In this document: positions 7,614 to 15,912 of the stretch, one piece after another
Layout: each line of letters opens with the position of its first letter
Position numbering within the stretch: the first letter of the stretch is position 1
Assembly: GCA_045046875.1 (NCBI GenBank)
Contig: JASFYY010000124.1
Span: forward strand, 1 to 29,321
DNA from: Verrucomicrobiota bacterium
GTDB lineage: Bacteria; Verrucomicrobiota; Verrucomicrobiia; Verrucomicrobiales; DEV007
Length of the DNA stretch: 29,321 bases
Direction: 5' to 3'
Program-made: the position numbers and the translations under genes
The notes under the pieces: generated by a model
Database searches by the model: none
What the model saw: only the letters and a program-made list of their open reading frames with translations
Told to the model about the DNA's origin: nothing

Positions 7614-8975
7614 ATGAAAACTGCACCTAATCGATTCAGTCTGTTCAAAACTTCAGCTTTGCTGACGGGCATGATCGCCCTGGCCGCACCACAAGCTTTG
7701 CAGGCGATTGATGATTTTGAATTTCCTCCGATCAGTTATTCGGATACCAAACCGAATGACCGTATCACTCAGCTGCAAAGCGATACACAGAGCGGCAAGT
7801 TGAAGTTTACCCAGAAAACGGAAAAAGATTTTGTAGGCGCCTTGTTAAAAGAGCTGAACATCCCGGCTTCTTCACAAGCCTTGGTATTTTCTAAAACCAG
7901 TTTACAGACTTCAGCCATCAATCCGGGGCAACCTAGGGCGATATATTTCAACGAGGAGGTTTATTTCGGGTGGACCCGTAACCGTGACTTGGAACTGATG
8001 GCAGCGGAACCCAAGCTGGGAGTGACTTTTTATCTGATCCATCGCGATCCCAAGTCGTCCAAGTTATCTTATGAGCAACACACCGATGAGTGTTTTTCTT
8101 GTCACGCTTCAGGGCGAACCGGAGGGCGTCCGGGCATGGTGGTGCGCTCGGTTTTGGCCGATGCCAAGGGTTTTCCTATATTTTCGGCAGGCAGTTACAC
8201 CACGGATCAGAGCAGTCCGATCGCCCAGCGTTGGGGCGGGTGGTATGTGACCGGACATCATGGTGAGCTCCGTCACATGGGTAATGCTATCGCTATCGAG
8301 GTGGACAAAGGCAATGGAGCTGAGATTGATCGTGAAGCGGGAGCCAACATGGATGAGTTGGATGAGTTCATCGACCCAACGGATTACCTGGTGCCCGATA
8401 GTGACATCGTTGCGCTGATGGTTCTCGAACATCAGGTGGGTATGCACAATCGCCTGATCGAGGGCAATTATGTAGTGAGAAAAGCGATCTACCGTGACCA
8501 GGAAATCAGCCGTGAGTTGGGAGAGAATCGCAAGGGCTTCAGCGATACCACCAAGCGCATCATTGATCATCAGTCCGAGCGGATTTTGAACTACCTGTTG
8601 TTCGCCAATGAAGTGAAACTGACCGGAGGAGGTTTGGATTCTGACTCGACCTTTGTTGAGGACTTTCAACACAATGCCAAAGTATCCAAGGACGGTCGCT
8701 CTTTGAAGGACTTTCAATTGTTGAGCCGGATTTTCAAATACCGTTGCTCTTACATGATTTATTCAAGCTCGTTTGAGAGTTTGCCCAAACCGCTGAAAAA
8801 CAAAGTCTATCGACGCTTGGGCGACGTTCTGACCGGCAAGGATACCAGCAACGAATATGCCTACCTTAAGGAAAGTGAGCGCAAACGTATTTTGAATATC
8901 CTGATCGAAACTTTGCCGGACGCACCTGCGAGTTGGAAAAAGGGAGAGCGGGCTAAACAGGTGACGGTTAAGTGA
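7614..8975 (+). CDS. Secreted uncharacterised protein with one c-type heme motif
   Basis: 453-aa ORF with a Sec-like signal (…ALAAPQALQA) and a single CFSCH. Conserved-looking blocks LVFSKTSLQ, PRAIYFN, RWGGWYVTG and SDIVALMVLEHQ. Confidence 0.75.
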   Translation: MKTAPNRFSLFKTSALLTGMIALAAPQALQAIDDFEFPPISYSDTKPNDRITQLQSDTQSGKLKFTQKTEKDFVGALLKELNIPASSQALVFSKTSLQTSAINPGQPRAIYFNEEVYFGWTRNRDLELMAAEPKLGVTFYLIHRDPKSSKLSYEQHTDECFSCHASGRTGGRPGMVVRSVLADAKGFPIFSAGSYTTDQSSPIAQRWGGWYVTGHHGELRHMGNAIAIEVDKGNGAEIDREAGANMDELDEFIDPTDYLVPDSDIVALMVLEHQVGMHNRLIEGNYVVRKAIYRDQEISRELGENRKGFSDTTKRIIDHQSERILNYLLFANEVKLTGGGLDSDSTFVEDFQHNAKVSKDGRSLKDFQLLSRIFKYRCSYMIYSSSFESLPKPLKNKVYRRLGDVLTGKDTSNEYAYLKESERKRILNILIETLPDAPASWKKGERAKQVTVK

Positions 8976-9268
8976 AGGGTGAGGACTGGAATGCTCTTTC
9001 CCGGGAGCTTAGTTGAAAAAATACGCAAATCCCAAGAAATGTCGGCTGATCGTAGTGAGATTGAACGCTTCGCGCCTTATTCCTCTGTTTGGGAATATGC
9101 ACCGTAAATATTGCGAACCGATAAGCCTGTGAAAGGCTAAATGCTACGCGGCAATCTTTGGTACGATTTCAATCATACAAGTTCATTTTTTTCTCGTGAA
9201 GGTAGCGATTGCAGAACAAAAAAGTTAGTCATTGCTTATAGAAAGCTAGCTTATCCCCCATCAACATC

Positions 9269-9460
9269 ATGTCGCCCTTTTAGGGCTGGCAATAAATCCG
9301 ATCTAACTCCAGCGCTTCGCACTGGGCTATCACATTTTGTCCTTACAGGACAGGTTGCTTTCAGATCTCTTTTGCACCAACGGTGTTCAATGATATAGCC
9401 CAGTGCGAAGCGCTGGGTAAAAAATCCAATTCTTCCAGCCCTGCAAAGGGCGAAACGCAT
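9269..9460. repeat. ~190-bp palindromic REP/BIME- or MITE-like element
   Basis: Arms 9269-9337 and 9389-9460 are imperfect inverted repeats. They share a perfect 22-bp core CCAGCGCTTCGCACTGGGCTAT (9309-9330, reverse complement at 9395-9416) and outer TCGCCCTTTTAGGGCTGG / CCAGCCCTGCAAAGGGCGA hairpins. Confidence 0.8.
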
Positions 9461-9552
9461 AGCGGTCAGCAGTTTAACTATTTTGTCGTACACTCGAAAT
9501 CACCTCATTGGAGTATAGTAGTTTTCAGTAAACAGGGATGAATTCAATTTCT

Positions 9553-10701
9553 TCAAGTTTTCAGGGCGTTTATCAGTTGCTGCACTTGTTCCCCACTGTG
9601 GGCGGCGGAGAGGGTGATGCGTAAGCGGGCTTGATCGCGGGGGACGGTGGGGTAGCGAATAGCGGGGATGAGCAGACCTTGTTGGTAGAGTTGGGAGGAA
9701 AGTTGCAGGGCGTCTTGTGATGAACCTAGGATGTATGGCAGGATGGGGCTTGCCGAGTGGGGGATGGTTTTAATCTCGTCGGTTACCTGCTTGATGTGCT
9801 GCTTGAGTTTTTTGCGTCGCTGTTGACCGTCTTCACTGAGCAGTATATCGATCGCCTTCAGCGCGGCGACGGCGGTGGCGGCGGGTGGTGCGGTGGAGTA
9901 GATGAAGCTGCGGGAGCGATTGATCAGCAGGTCGATGAAGGCGCGGCTGGCGCAAAGGTAAGCTCCGCTCAAACCGAGGGCTTTGCTGAGGGTGCCCATT
10001 TGCAGGTCGACTTGATCGGACAGGCCGAGATCGTCGGCGAGGCCGATGCCTTGCCGGGCAATGCCGAAGGCGTGGGCTTCGTCGAGTAAGAGCAAGGCTC
10101 CGTATTGTTGTTTGAGGCTGACAATTTCCTTCAGCGGGCAGAGGTCGCCGTCCATGGAGAATACCGATTCGGTGATGACGATAATGCGCCCGTCATCGGC
10201 GATTTTTTTATTTGCCCACTGTAAGTGTGATTCCAAGCGGTTGAGGTCGTTGTGCGGGTAAATGCGCAGGGTGGCACCTGATAACCTTGCTCCGTCAATC
10301 AGCGAGGCGTGACAGAGTTTGTCCAGGATCAGAATGTCTCCTTTAGTTGCCAGCGCGGTGATGGTCCCGAGTGCGGTGGCGTAACCGGTGGAAAAAGTGA
10401 GCGCGGCGGCGCTGTTTTTTAATTGGGCGAGGCGTTCTTCGAGTTCGAGGTGGGGGCGCAGGGTGCCGCAAACCAGACGTGAGGAACCTGAACCGCTGCC
10501 CCAGTGGTTGAGGCCGTTTTTGTAGGCGTTTAGAATTTCCGGATGACTGGAAAATCCGAGATAGTCATTGGATGAAAAATTGATGAATCTGCTGCCGTCA
10601 ATGATAAGCTCGGTAGCTTGCGGGGAATCAACGGGGCGTAGTTGGCGCAGAAGGTGAGCCTCTTGCAGTGCCAGCAGTTCATCTTGGGGATCGCGGGGCA
10701 T
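9553..10701 (-). CDS. bioF: 8-amino-7-oxononanoate synthase
   Basis: NFSSNDYLG, GSGSSRLVCG, HASLIDG, ESVFSMDGD, DEAHAFG, PLP-lysine motif TLSKALG, IRYPTVP...RLRITLSA. Confidence 0.93.
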   Translation of the reverse strand: MPRDPQDELLALQEAHLLRQLRPVDSPQATELIIDGSRFINFSSNDYLGFSSHPEILNAYKNGLNHWGSGSGSSRLVCGTLRPHLELEERLAQLKNSAAALTFSTGYATALGTITALATKGDILILDKLCHASLIDGARLSGATLRIYPHNDLNRLESHLQWANKKIADDGRIIVITESVFSMDGDLCPLKEIVSLKQQYGALLLLDEAHAFGIARQGIGLADDLGLSDQVDLQMGTLSKALGLSGAYLCASRAFIDLLINRSRSFIYSTAPPAATAVAALKAIDILLSEDGQQRRKKLKQHIKQVTDEIKTIPHSASPILPYILGSSQDALQLSSQLYQQGLLIPAIRYPTVPRDQARLRITLSAAHSGEQVQQLINALKT

Positions 10702-10767
10702 AGAATATTTACCATTTATGATCTGGCAATTAACATTACTTGTAGTGCGATCGTTTAGTCTGACTTG

Positions 10768-11697
10768 TTATGAGAGTTTGAGTCCCCAGTGCAGCAGGGC
10801 ACGGGATTCACCCCAGATGACGGGGATTCTGCTGCCCAGAACGACGACGATGATGTTGCGCCCGTTGTGCGATGCGCTGGAGACAAGGCATTTGCCAGCA
10901 GCACGGGTGTAACCGGTTTTCATGCCGGTGCAGTAGGGGTAGCTCAGCAGCACCTTGTTGGTGGTTTTGACCGGTTTGGTGCGACCGTTGGCGAAGCGGA
11001 AAGTGAGTGATTTGGTCTTGACGGTTTGCCGGATGAAGGGTTGGCGCATGGCGGCGGCGGCCAGGATGGACAGGTCGCGAGCGGTGGAGTACTGGCCGGG
11101 AGCGGGCAAACCACTGGCGGTTTTGAATACAGAATTATTCATCCCGAGTTGGCGGGCCCGTTGGGTCATCAGATTGGCAAAAGCGGGCATGCTGCCAGCG
11201 TGGTCACGAGCCAGGCAGTGGGCGATATCGTTGCTACTGCGAACCAGCACTGCTCGCAGCAGATCATCTTTGCGGTAGTGCTCACCGGTCTTTAGACCCA
11301 TCTTGGTCGGTTCGACGTAGGTGTCACTGGGAGCCACACGAATGTCTTTGCCCATGTTACCTGCTTCCACCAGTAGCAGCGCCATCATCAGTTTTTGAGT
11401 GCTGGCAACGGGGTAACGGGTATCGGCGTTTTTCTGGTAAAGCACAGTGCCGGTATTGGCATGAATCACAATCACGGCTCTGGCGCCCACCGTAGGGTGG
11501 GGGGCTTTGGGATGGATGCCGCCAAAACTAGGCAGCGCTGGTTTTGGATAGGAGGCGTTGTTGTATTGGCCTCTTGAGTTTTGGTGTGCAGGCGGTGCTG
11601 CCGAGGACTGGGGGGGAGTGGTCTGACAGGCGTTTAACGCCAGTAAAGCAAAAGTTAAAACCAGTGTGTGGGTGTAGTGGGTGAGTGTTTTGATCAC
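10768..11697 (-). CDS. D-alanyl-D-alanine carboxypeptidase (peptidase S11), probable lipoprotein
   Basis: SxxK (ASTQK), SxN (SSND) and KTG (KTGYT) motifs; lipobox-like LNAC after a hydrophobic stretch. Start is GTG at 11697. Confidence 0.88.
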   Translation of the reverse strand: MIKTLTHYTHTLVLTFALLALNACQTTPPQSSAAPPAHQNSRGQYNNASYPKPALPSFGGIHPKAPHPTVGARAVIVIHANTGTVLYQKNADTRYPVASTQKLMMALLLVEAGNMGKDIRVAPSDTYVEPTKMGLKTGEHYRKDDLLRAVLVRSSNDIAHCLARDHAGSMPAFANLMTQRARQLGMNNSVFKTASGLPAPGQYSTARDLSILAAAAMRQPFIRQTVKTKSLTFRFANGRTKPVKTTNKVLLSYPYCTGMKTGYTRAAGKCLVSSASHNGRNIIVVVLGSRIPVIWGESRALLHWGLKLS

Positions 11698-11703
11698 GAT
11701 GGA

Positions 11704-12585
11704 TTATTTTTTAGAGTCGGAGGAGATGATTTTTTTGAGGCGTTTTTCGATCTCTTCATCGGGCTGGGCACCGAGGTCGATGGCAAAAAAGTAATGTCGA
11801 CGCGCCAGCTCAATCGCCGGAGGGGTGCGTTCCAAATAGAGCAGAGCAAGGTTGAAATGGGCATCCGCGTAATCGGGATCGAGGGCGATGGCGCGCATCA
11901 GTTCGGTTTCTGCGGCTCGACCCCAGCCGTAATCACGGATCACGACGGCTAGATAGAGACAGGTGCGGGGGTCTTTGGGATCCTCGTGACGGGCGCGGGT
12001 GAGGGAGGAGATAGCGAGGTTGAATTGTTTGAGGTAGTAGTAGTTCAACCCCAGAGTCAGCCAGTTCTGGGAAATGTGAGGATTGATTTTCACCGAGGCT
12101 TCCAAGTGGATCGCCGCGTTTTTGTAATCCTTGAGCCGGTATTCAACAATGCCGAGATTGGAAAGAGCCAGAGCATTGTCGGGAGCAGCCCGGGTCATCT
12201 TGAGATAGGCGGTGCGGGCAGCTTTCCAATCTTTATTGGCGGAAGCGAGGGCACCCTCTTTAGCGAGTTCACGCACATTCTCTGGTAATCCCTGACCTGG
12301 TTTTGAATCCTCCAAGCCAATCTGCAAGCCGCTGGAGCTACTGTTTTTTTTGAACTGGGATTCGTTTTTTTCTTTTTCACCGGCTGCTTTTTCGGATTCT
12401 TCAGTTGGAGTTGCCTTCGTTTTTTCATCGTCAGAGGAAGCCTCTGGTTTTTTTTCTAGAGCCATGCAGGGCAGTGCCAGAGCACAACAAAAAGCTAGGC
12501 AAAGGAGACTGGTTTTGGAAACTGGAGAGCTAGGTGACATGAGGCGTGGTGAAATCATAATGTGAGGATTGGAGAATATGCTCAT
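11704..12585 (-). CDS. Secreted tetratricopeptide-repeat protein
   Basis: Repeated TPR helices (PDNALALSNLGIVEY, DPDYADAHFNLALLY); signal-like LLCLAFCCALALPCMA followed by a charged linker. The exact start is uncertain because several Met codons are candidates. Confidence 0.8.
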   Translation of the reverse strand: MSIFSNPHIMISPRLMSPSSPVSKTSLLCLAFCCALALPCMALEKKPEASSDDEKTKATPTEESEKAAGEKEKNESQFKKNSSSSGLQIGLEDSKPGQGLPENVRELAKEGALASANKDWKAARTAYLKMTRAAPDNALALSNLGIVEYRLKDYKNAAIHLEASVKINPHISQNWLTLGLNYYYLKQFNLAISSLTRARHEDPKDPRTCLYLAVVIRDYGWGRAAETELMRAIALDPDYADAHFNLALLYLERTPPAIELARRHYFFAIDLGAQPDEEIEKRLKKIISSDSKK

Positions 12586-12603
12586 TTTTTGCTTGCGTTA
12601 AAC

Positions 12604-12647
12604 TGTTAATTCGACCACTGTATATAAGAACACTGTTCATATGCTGA
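12604..12647. promoter_or_regulatory. Tandem degenerate Verrucomicrobia-type LexA boxes (TGTTC-N4-GAACA)
   Basis: TGTTA-ATTC-GACCA (12604-12617), TGTAT-ATAA-GAACA (12619-12632) and TGTTC-ATAT-GCTGA (12634-12647). They repeat every 15 bp, separated by a single C; the last overlaps the lexA ATG. Confidence 0.65.
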
Positions 12648-13255
12648 CTACAAGACAACAAGAAGTACTGGATTTTTTGCGACAAGAGCACCGCAAAATA
12701 GGGATAATGCCTTCAACCAGAGAGATCCAGCAACATTTTGGCTTTTCCAGCCAAACCGCTGCGGTGAGCCATTTGGCTGCTTTGGAAAAAAAGGGCGTGA
12801 TCCAAAAATTAGCCGGAAAAGCCCGCGCGTTGATGTTCACCGATGAATTGGAGCGCGAGCCGATCATTGATATCCCTATTTATGGTCAGATTCCAGCGGG
12901 TTACGGAGACGACGGCGTGCCGGAGCCCGAAGGGCAAGTATCTGTGGATGTGCGCTCGATGGGGCTCACCATCCGTTCAAACAGCTATGCGCTGAGGGTG
13001 AGGGGGGATTCGATGATCGACGCCCACATCATGGACGGAGACGTGGTGGTGATGGAGGATAAGGCGGCTCGCAACCGGGATATCGTGGCGGCTTTGATCG
13101 ATGGTGAAACCACATTAAAACGTCTGGTGATAGAGAATCGTAAAAAGTTTTTGCGTGCCGAAAACGAGGACTACCCGGATTTACTGCCTGCGCGTGAGTT
13201 GCTGGTCCAAGGTGTGATGGTGGGTTTGGTCAGATCTCTAGGCAGAGGCTTTTAG
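12641..13255 (+). CDS. lexA: SOS repressor LexA
   Basis: LTTRQQEVLDFL...PSTREIQQHFGFSS..AA..HL.ALEKKG HTH; cleavage site IPAG; catalytic Ser (GDSM) and Lys (TLKR). Confidence 0.95.
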   Translation: MLTTRQQEVLDFLRQEHRKIGIMPSTREIQQHFGFSSQTAAVSHLAALEKKGVIQKLAGKARALMFTDELEREPIIDIPIYGQIPAGYGDDGVPEPEGQVSVDVRSMGLTIRSNSYALRVRGDSMIDAHIMDGDVVVMEDKAARNRDIVAALIDGETTLKRLVIENRKKFLRAENEDYPDLLPARELLVQGVMVGLVRSLGRGF

Positions 13256-13263
13256 CTAGCAGT

Positions 13264-14043
13264 TCACTGTTTGCGGGTGAATACCCAGTCGTTGTCCTGA
13301 CTAAGTTTTTTGTTGAAGCGGTATCCGGCGGTGTCAAAGGATTGCAAAGCCTCGGGTTCGTTGAGGGCTTGGCGGATGAGGTAGTCAACCATCATTCCCC
13401 GGGCTTTTTTGCCGTAGAAGGTGATGAACTTGTAAACTCCGTTTTTCCAGTCTTTGAACTGTGGCGTGATGATTTGAATACCAGCAGCTTCGATGGCTGG
13501 CATATCAAGGGCAGAGAAATATTCCTTTGAAGCGAGATTGACCAGGCTGCGTTCTTTGGTCTTTTTTATAGCGCTGATGAGGCTTTGGGTGACCTGTTCT
13601 TTCCAGAAGACATAAAGATCCTTGCCGCGCGAGTTTTCCAAGGAAGTGCCCATTTCCAAACGGTAAGCCTGCATCAGATCCAGGGGGCGCAGCAGTCCGT
13701 AGAGCCCGGACAAGATGCGCAGATGTTGTTGGGCAAAATTAAAATCGCTGCGGCTGTATTCGTCCAGCGTGAATCCGGTGTAAACATCGCCCTTGAAGGC
13801 CAGCAAGGCTGGTCGGGCGTTGTCTTCGGAAAAAGGGCGCGACCAGGACTGGTAACGTTCATGGTTGAGAGCGGCAAGCTTGGGGCTGATATTCATCAGG
13901 GCTTCGAGTTGGGGCTCGGAGAGTTGTCGCAATTGATCAATCAGTTCTGCTGACTCGTCCAGAAAATCGGGTTGGCTGATTTTAAGCGATGGAACCGGGC
14001 TTTCTAGATCCAGGGTTTTTGCAGGTGAGATGATAGCGAGCAT
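13264..14043 (-). CDS. yaaA: Peroxide stress protein YaaA (DUF328/UPF0246)
   Basis: ISPAKTLD, AFKGDVY, LRILSGLYGLLRPLD..QAYRLEMGT, NLASKEY, KKARGMM. Confidence 0.93.
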   Translation of the reverse strand: MLAIISPAKTLDLESPVPSLKISQPDFLDESAELIDQLRQLSEPQLEALMNISPKLAALNHERYQSWSRPFSEDNARPALLAFKGDVYTGFTLDEYSRSDFNFAQQHLRILSGLYGLLRPLDLMQAYRLEMGTSLENSRGKDLYVFWKEQVTQSLISAIKKTKERSLVNLASKEYFSALDMPAIEAAGIQIITPQFKDWKNGVYKFITFYGKKARGMMVDYLIRQALNEPEALQSFDTAGYRFNKKLSQDNDWVFTRKQ

Positions 14044-14147
14044 GGCAGGACTATAGCAGGAAAATCACGGCCTTCTAGCTGGGAAAGAAAAACGCAACGT
14101 AGGCTCCGGGCTAGCAGATCCGTTTGTTTTAGCTGTTGCTTACCCTT

Positions 14148-14309
14148 TCATTCAAAATGATCACGATTGATTTTCCAACCGAGATAAAAGCCGTAGATGC
14201 TGCCGACAAAGCTCAGGATGAGCGCCCAGGCCATTCCAAAAAAATCCCCGATCCACCAGCCAAGGGCGCTGACAAGCGAAGAGATGATCATGATGAAAAT
14301 GGAACTCAT
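14148..14309 (-). CDS. Small 53-aa two-helix membrane protein (absent from the ORF track)
   Basis: Translated by hand from ATG 14309 to TGA 14148: MSSIFIMIISSLVSALGWWIGDFFGMAWALILSFVGSIYGFYLGWKINRDHFE. It fills the gap between DUF1501 and yaaA on the same strand. Confidence 0.7.
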   Translation of the reverse strand: MSSIFIMIISSLVSALGWWIGDFFGMAWALILSFVGSIYGFYLGWKINRDHFE

Positions 14310-14388
14310 AGAGGGCACGCTTACTGGGCATTGCCAATTGAAAACATGCTACTTCTGGCTGCTGTTTGCAAGCTTCGTGAGAAGGAAG

Positions 14389-15885
14389 TCAGGCAAGCAG
14401 TTCGGGGATGACGTGGGCTTCGCCGCGGGCGACGCTGGTGAGTCTCATGGGAGCGCCTTGGTAAGGATAGGTCAGTTGGTTGTGATCCATGCCAAACTGA
14501 TGCAAAAGGGTGGCTTGGAAGTCATTGACCGGCACCGGGTTTTCGGCGACGTCCCAGCCGATTTCATCGGTTTCACCGTAAGAGAGGCCGCCTTTGGCAC
14601 CCCCACCGGCCATCCACGTGCAAAATGATTTCGGATGATGATCCCGGCCGGTCACTTTGGCACTGCCGTTGCGGTTCTCCCCAAGAGGCGTTCGGCCAAA
14701 TTCACCGCTCCAGACCACCAGGGTATCATCCAGCATGCCGCGATCCTTGAGATCCTTGATCAGTGCGGCGATAGGTTGGTCGGCCATGCCGGCATTAAAA
14801 GTCAAACCTTCTTCGAGGCCGGAGTGGTGATCCCAGGAGGCGTGAATGATGTTGATGAAGCGCACGCCGCGCTCGACCATGCGTCGGGCGAGCAGGCAGT
14901 TGCGGCCAAAGGTTTTGTACTGTCCCGGCCCTCCTCCGCGTGGGGCTTTGATCTTCAAGTCCTCGCGGTCAACCCCATAGGCTTCCAGAGTAGCTTTACT
15001 TTCGCCGGACAAGTCGGTCAGTTCCGGTGCCGCAGATTGCATACGGAAGGCCAGTTCGTAATTGGCTATACGGCTGGCAATTTCCGGATCCCGGACTTGC
15101 TCAAAACGCTGGTGATTGAGTTTTGCCAAGGCATCCAGTCCTTTGCGTTGCAGTTCAACCGGCATGCCTTTTGGGTTGGAGAGATTGAGAATGGGCTCGC
15201 CTTCACTGCGCAAGCGCACTCCGGCGTAAACGGAAGGCAGGTAGCCGCTCTGCCACAAAGTGGCGCCACCACTGGATCCCCGACCTGCGGTGAGAACAAC
15301 GTAACTGGGTAGGTTTTGGTTCTCTGAGCCCAAACCGTAGGAAAGCCATGATCCCATCGAAGGTAAGCCAAATCGTGGCTCGCCGGTCTGCATCAGCAAT
15401 TGTCCGGGGTGATGGTTGAACTGATCGGTTTGCATGGTTTTGATCATGCAGATGTCATCAGCACACGTGGCGATGTTCGGTAACAAGTCGCTGAACCACA
15501 TGCCGCTTTGGCCGTGTTGTTTGAAAGCGCGTTTGCTTCCCAGCAGACGAGCGGTTTCTTTCTGAATGAAAGCAAAACGCATGTCTTTGAGCAAGGATTC
15601 AGGCATTTTTTGCCCGTCCAGTTTTTGCAGGGTGGGACGAGGGTTGAACAGATCCAGGTGGGAGGGCGCCCCGGCCATGAAGATGAAAATACAGCTTTTG
15701 GCTTTAGCTGGGAAGTGGCTGTGTTTGGGAGCCAGAGGATTGACTGCCAAACCTTCGGCAGAAGCGGCAGCTTTTGCAGAGCCAGGAGACATTAATGAGC
15801 TGAGGGCGATCCCGCCCAGGCCACTTGCCGCTGTGGTCAGAAATTCTCGACGAGTGTTTTGGTAGGATTCGTTAAGAGGGTTCAT
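14389..15885 (-). CDS. DUF1501 domain protein with Tat signal
   Basis: TRREFL Tat motif; AKSCIFIFMAGAPSHLDLF, CLLARRMVERGVRF, WDHH, EFGRTP, GRDHH. Confidence 0.92.
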   Translation of the reverse strand: MNPLNESYQNTRREFLTTAASGLGGIALSSLMSPGSAKAAASAEGLAVNPLAPKHSHFPAKAKSCIFIFMAGAPSHLDLFNPRPTLQKLDGQKMPESLLKDMRFAFIQKETARLLGSKRAFKQHGQSGMWFSDLLPNIATCADDICMIKTMQTDQFNHHPGQLLMQTGEPRFGLPSMGSWLSYGLGSENQNLPSYVVLTAGRGSSGGATLWQSGYLPSVYAGVRLRSEGEPILNLSNPKGMPVELQRKGLDALAKLNHQRFEQVRDPEIASRIANYELAFRMQSAAPELTDLSGESKATLEAYGVDREDLKIKAPRGGGPGQYKTFGRNCLLARRMVERGVRFINIIHASWDHHSGLEEGLTFNAGMADQPIAALIKDLKDRGMLDDTLVVWSGEFGRTPLGENRNGSAKVTGRDHHPKSFCTWMAGGGAKGGLSYGETDEIGWDVAENPVPVNDFQATLLHQFGMDHNQLTYPYQGAPMRLTSVARGEAHVIPELLA

Positions 15886-15912
15886 GTTAGTATAAAAATA
15901 GAGTGGAAGAGT

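Noticed and set aside
8976..9268. AT-rich stretch as a possible gene remnant or sRNA
   Set aside because: Only short ORFs without motifs; I recognised no RNA family.
9141..9493. ORFs 9141-9398 (+) and 9251-9493 (-)
   Set aside because: They are read-throughs of the palindromic element with no recognisable protein features.
14136..14628. Plus-strand ORFs of 91 and 143 aa
   Set aside because: They are antisense shadows of the 53-aa membrane protein and the DUF1501 gene.
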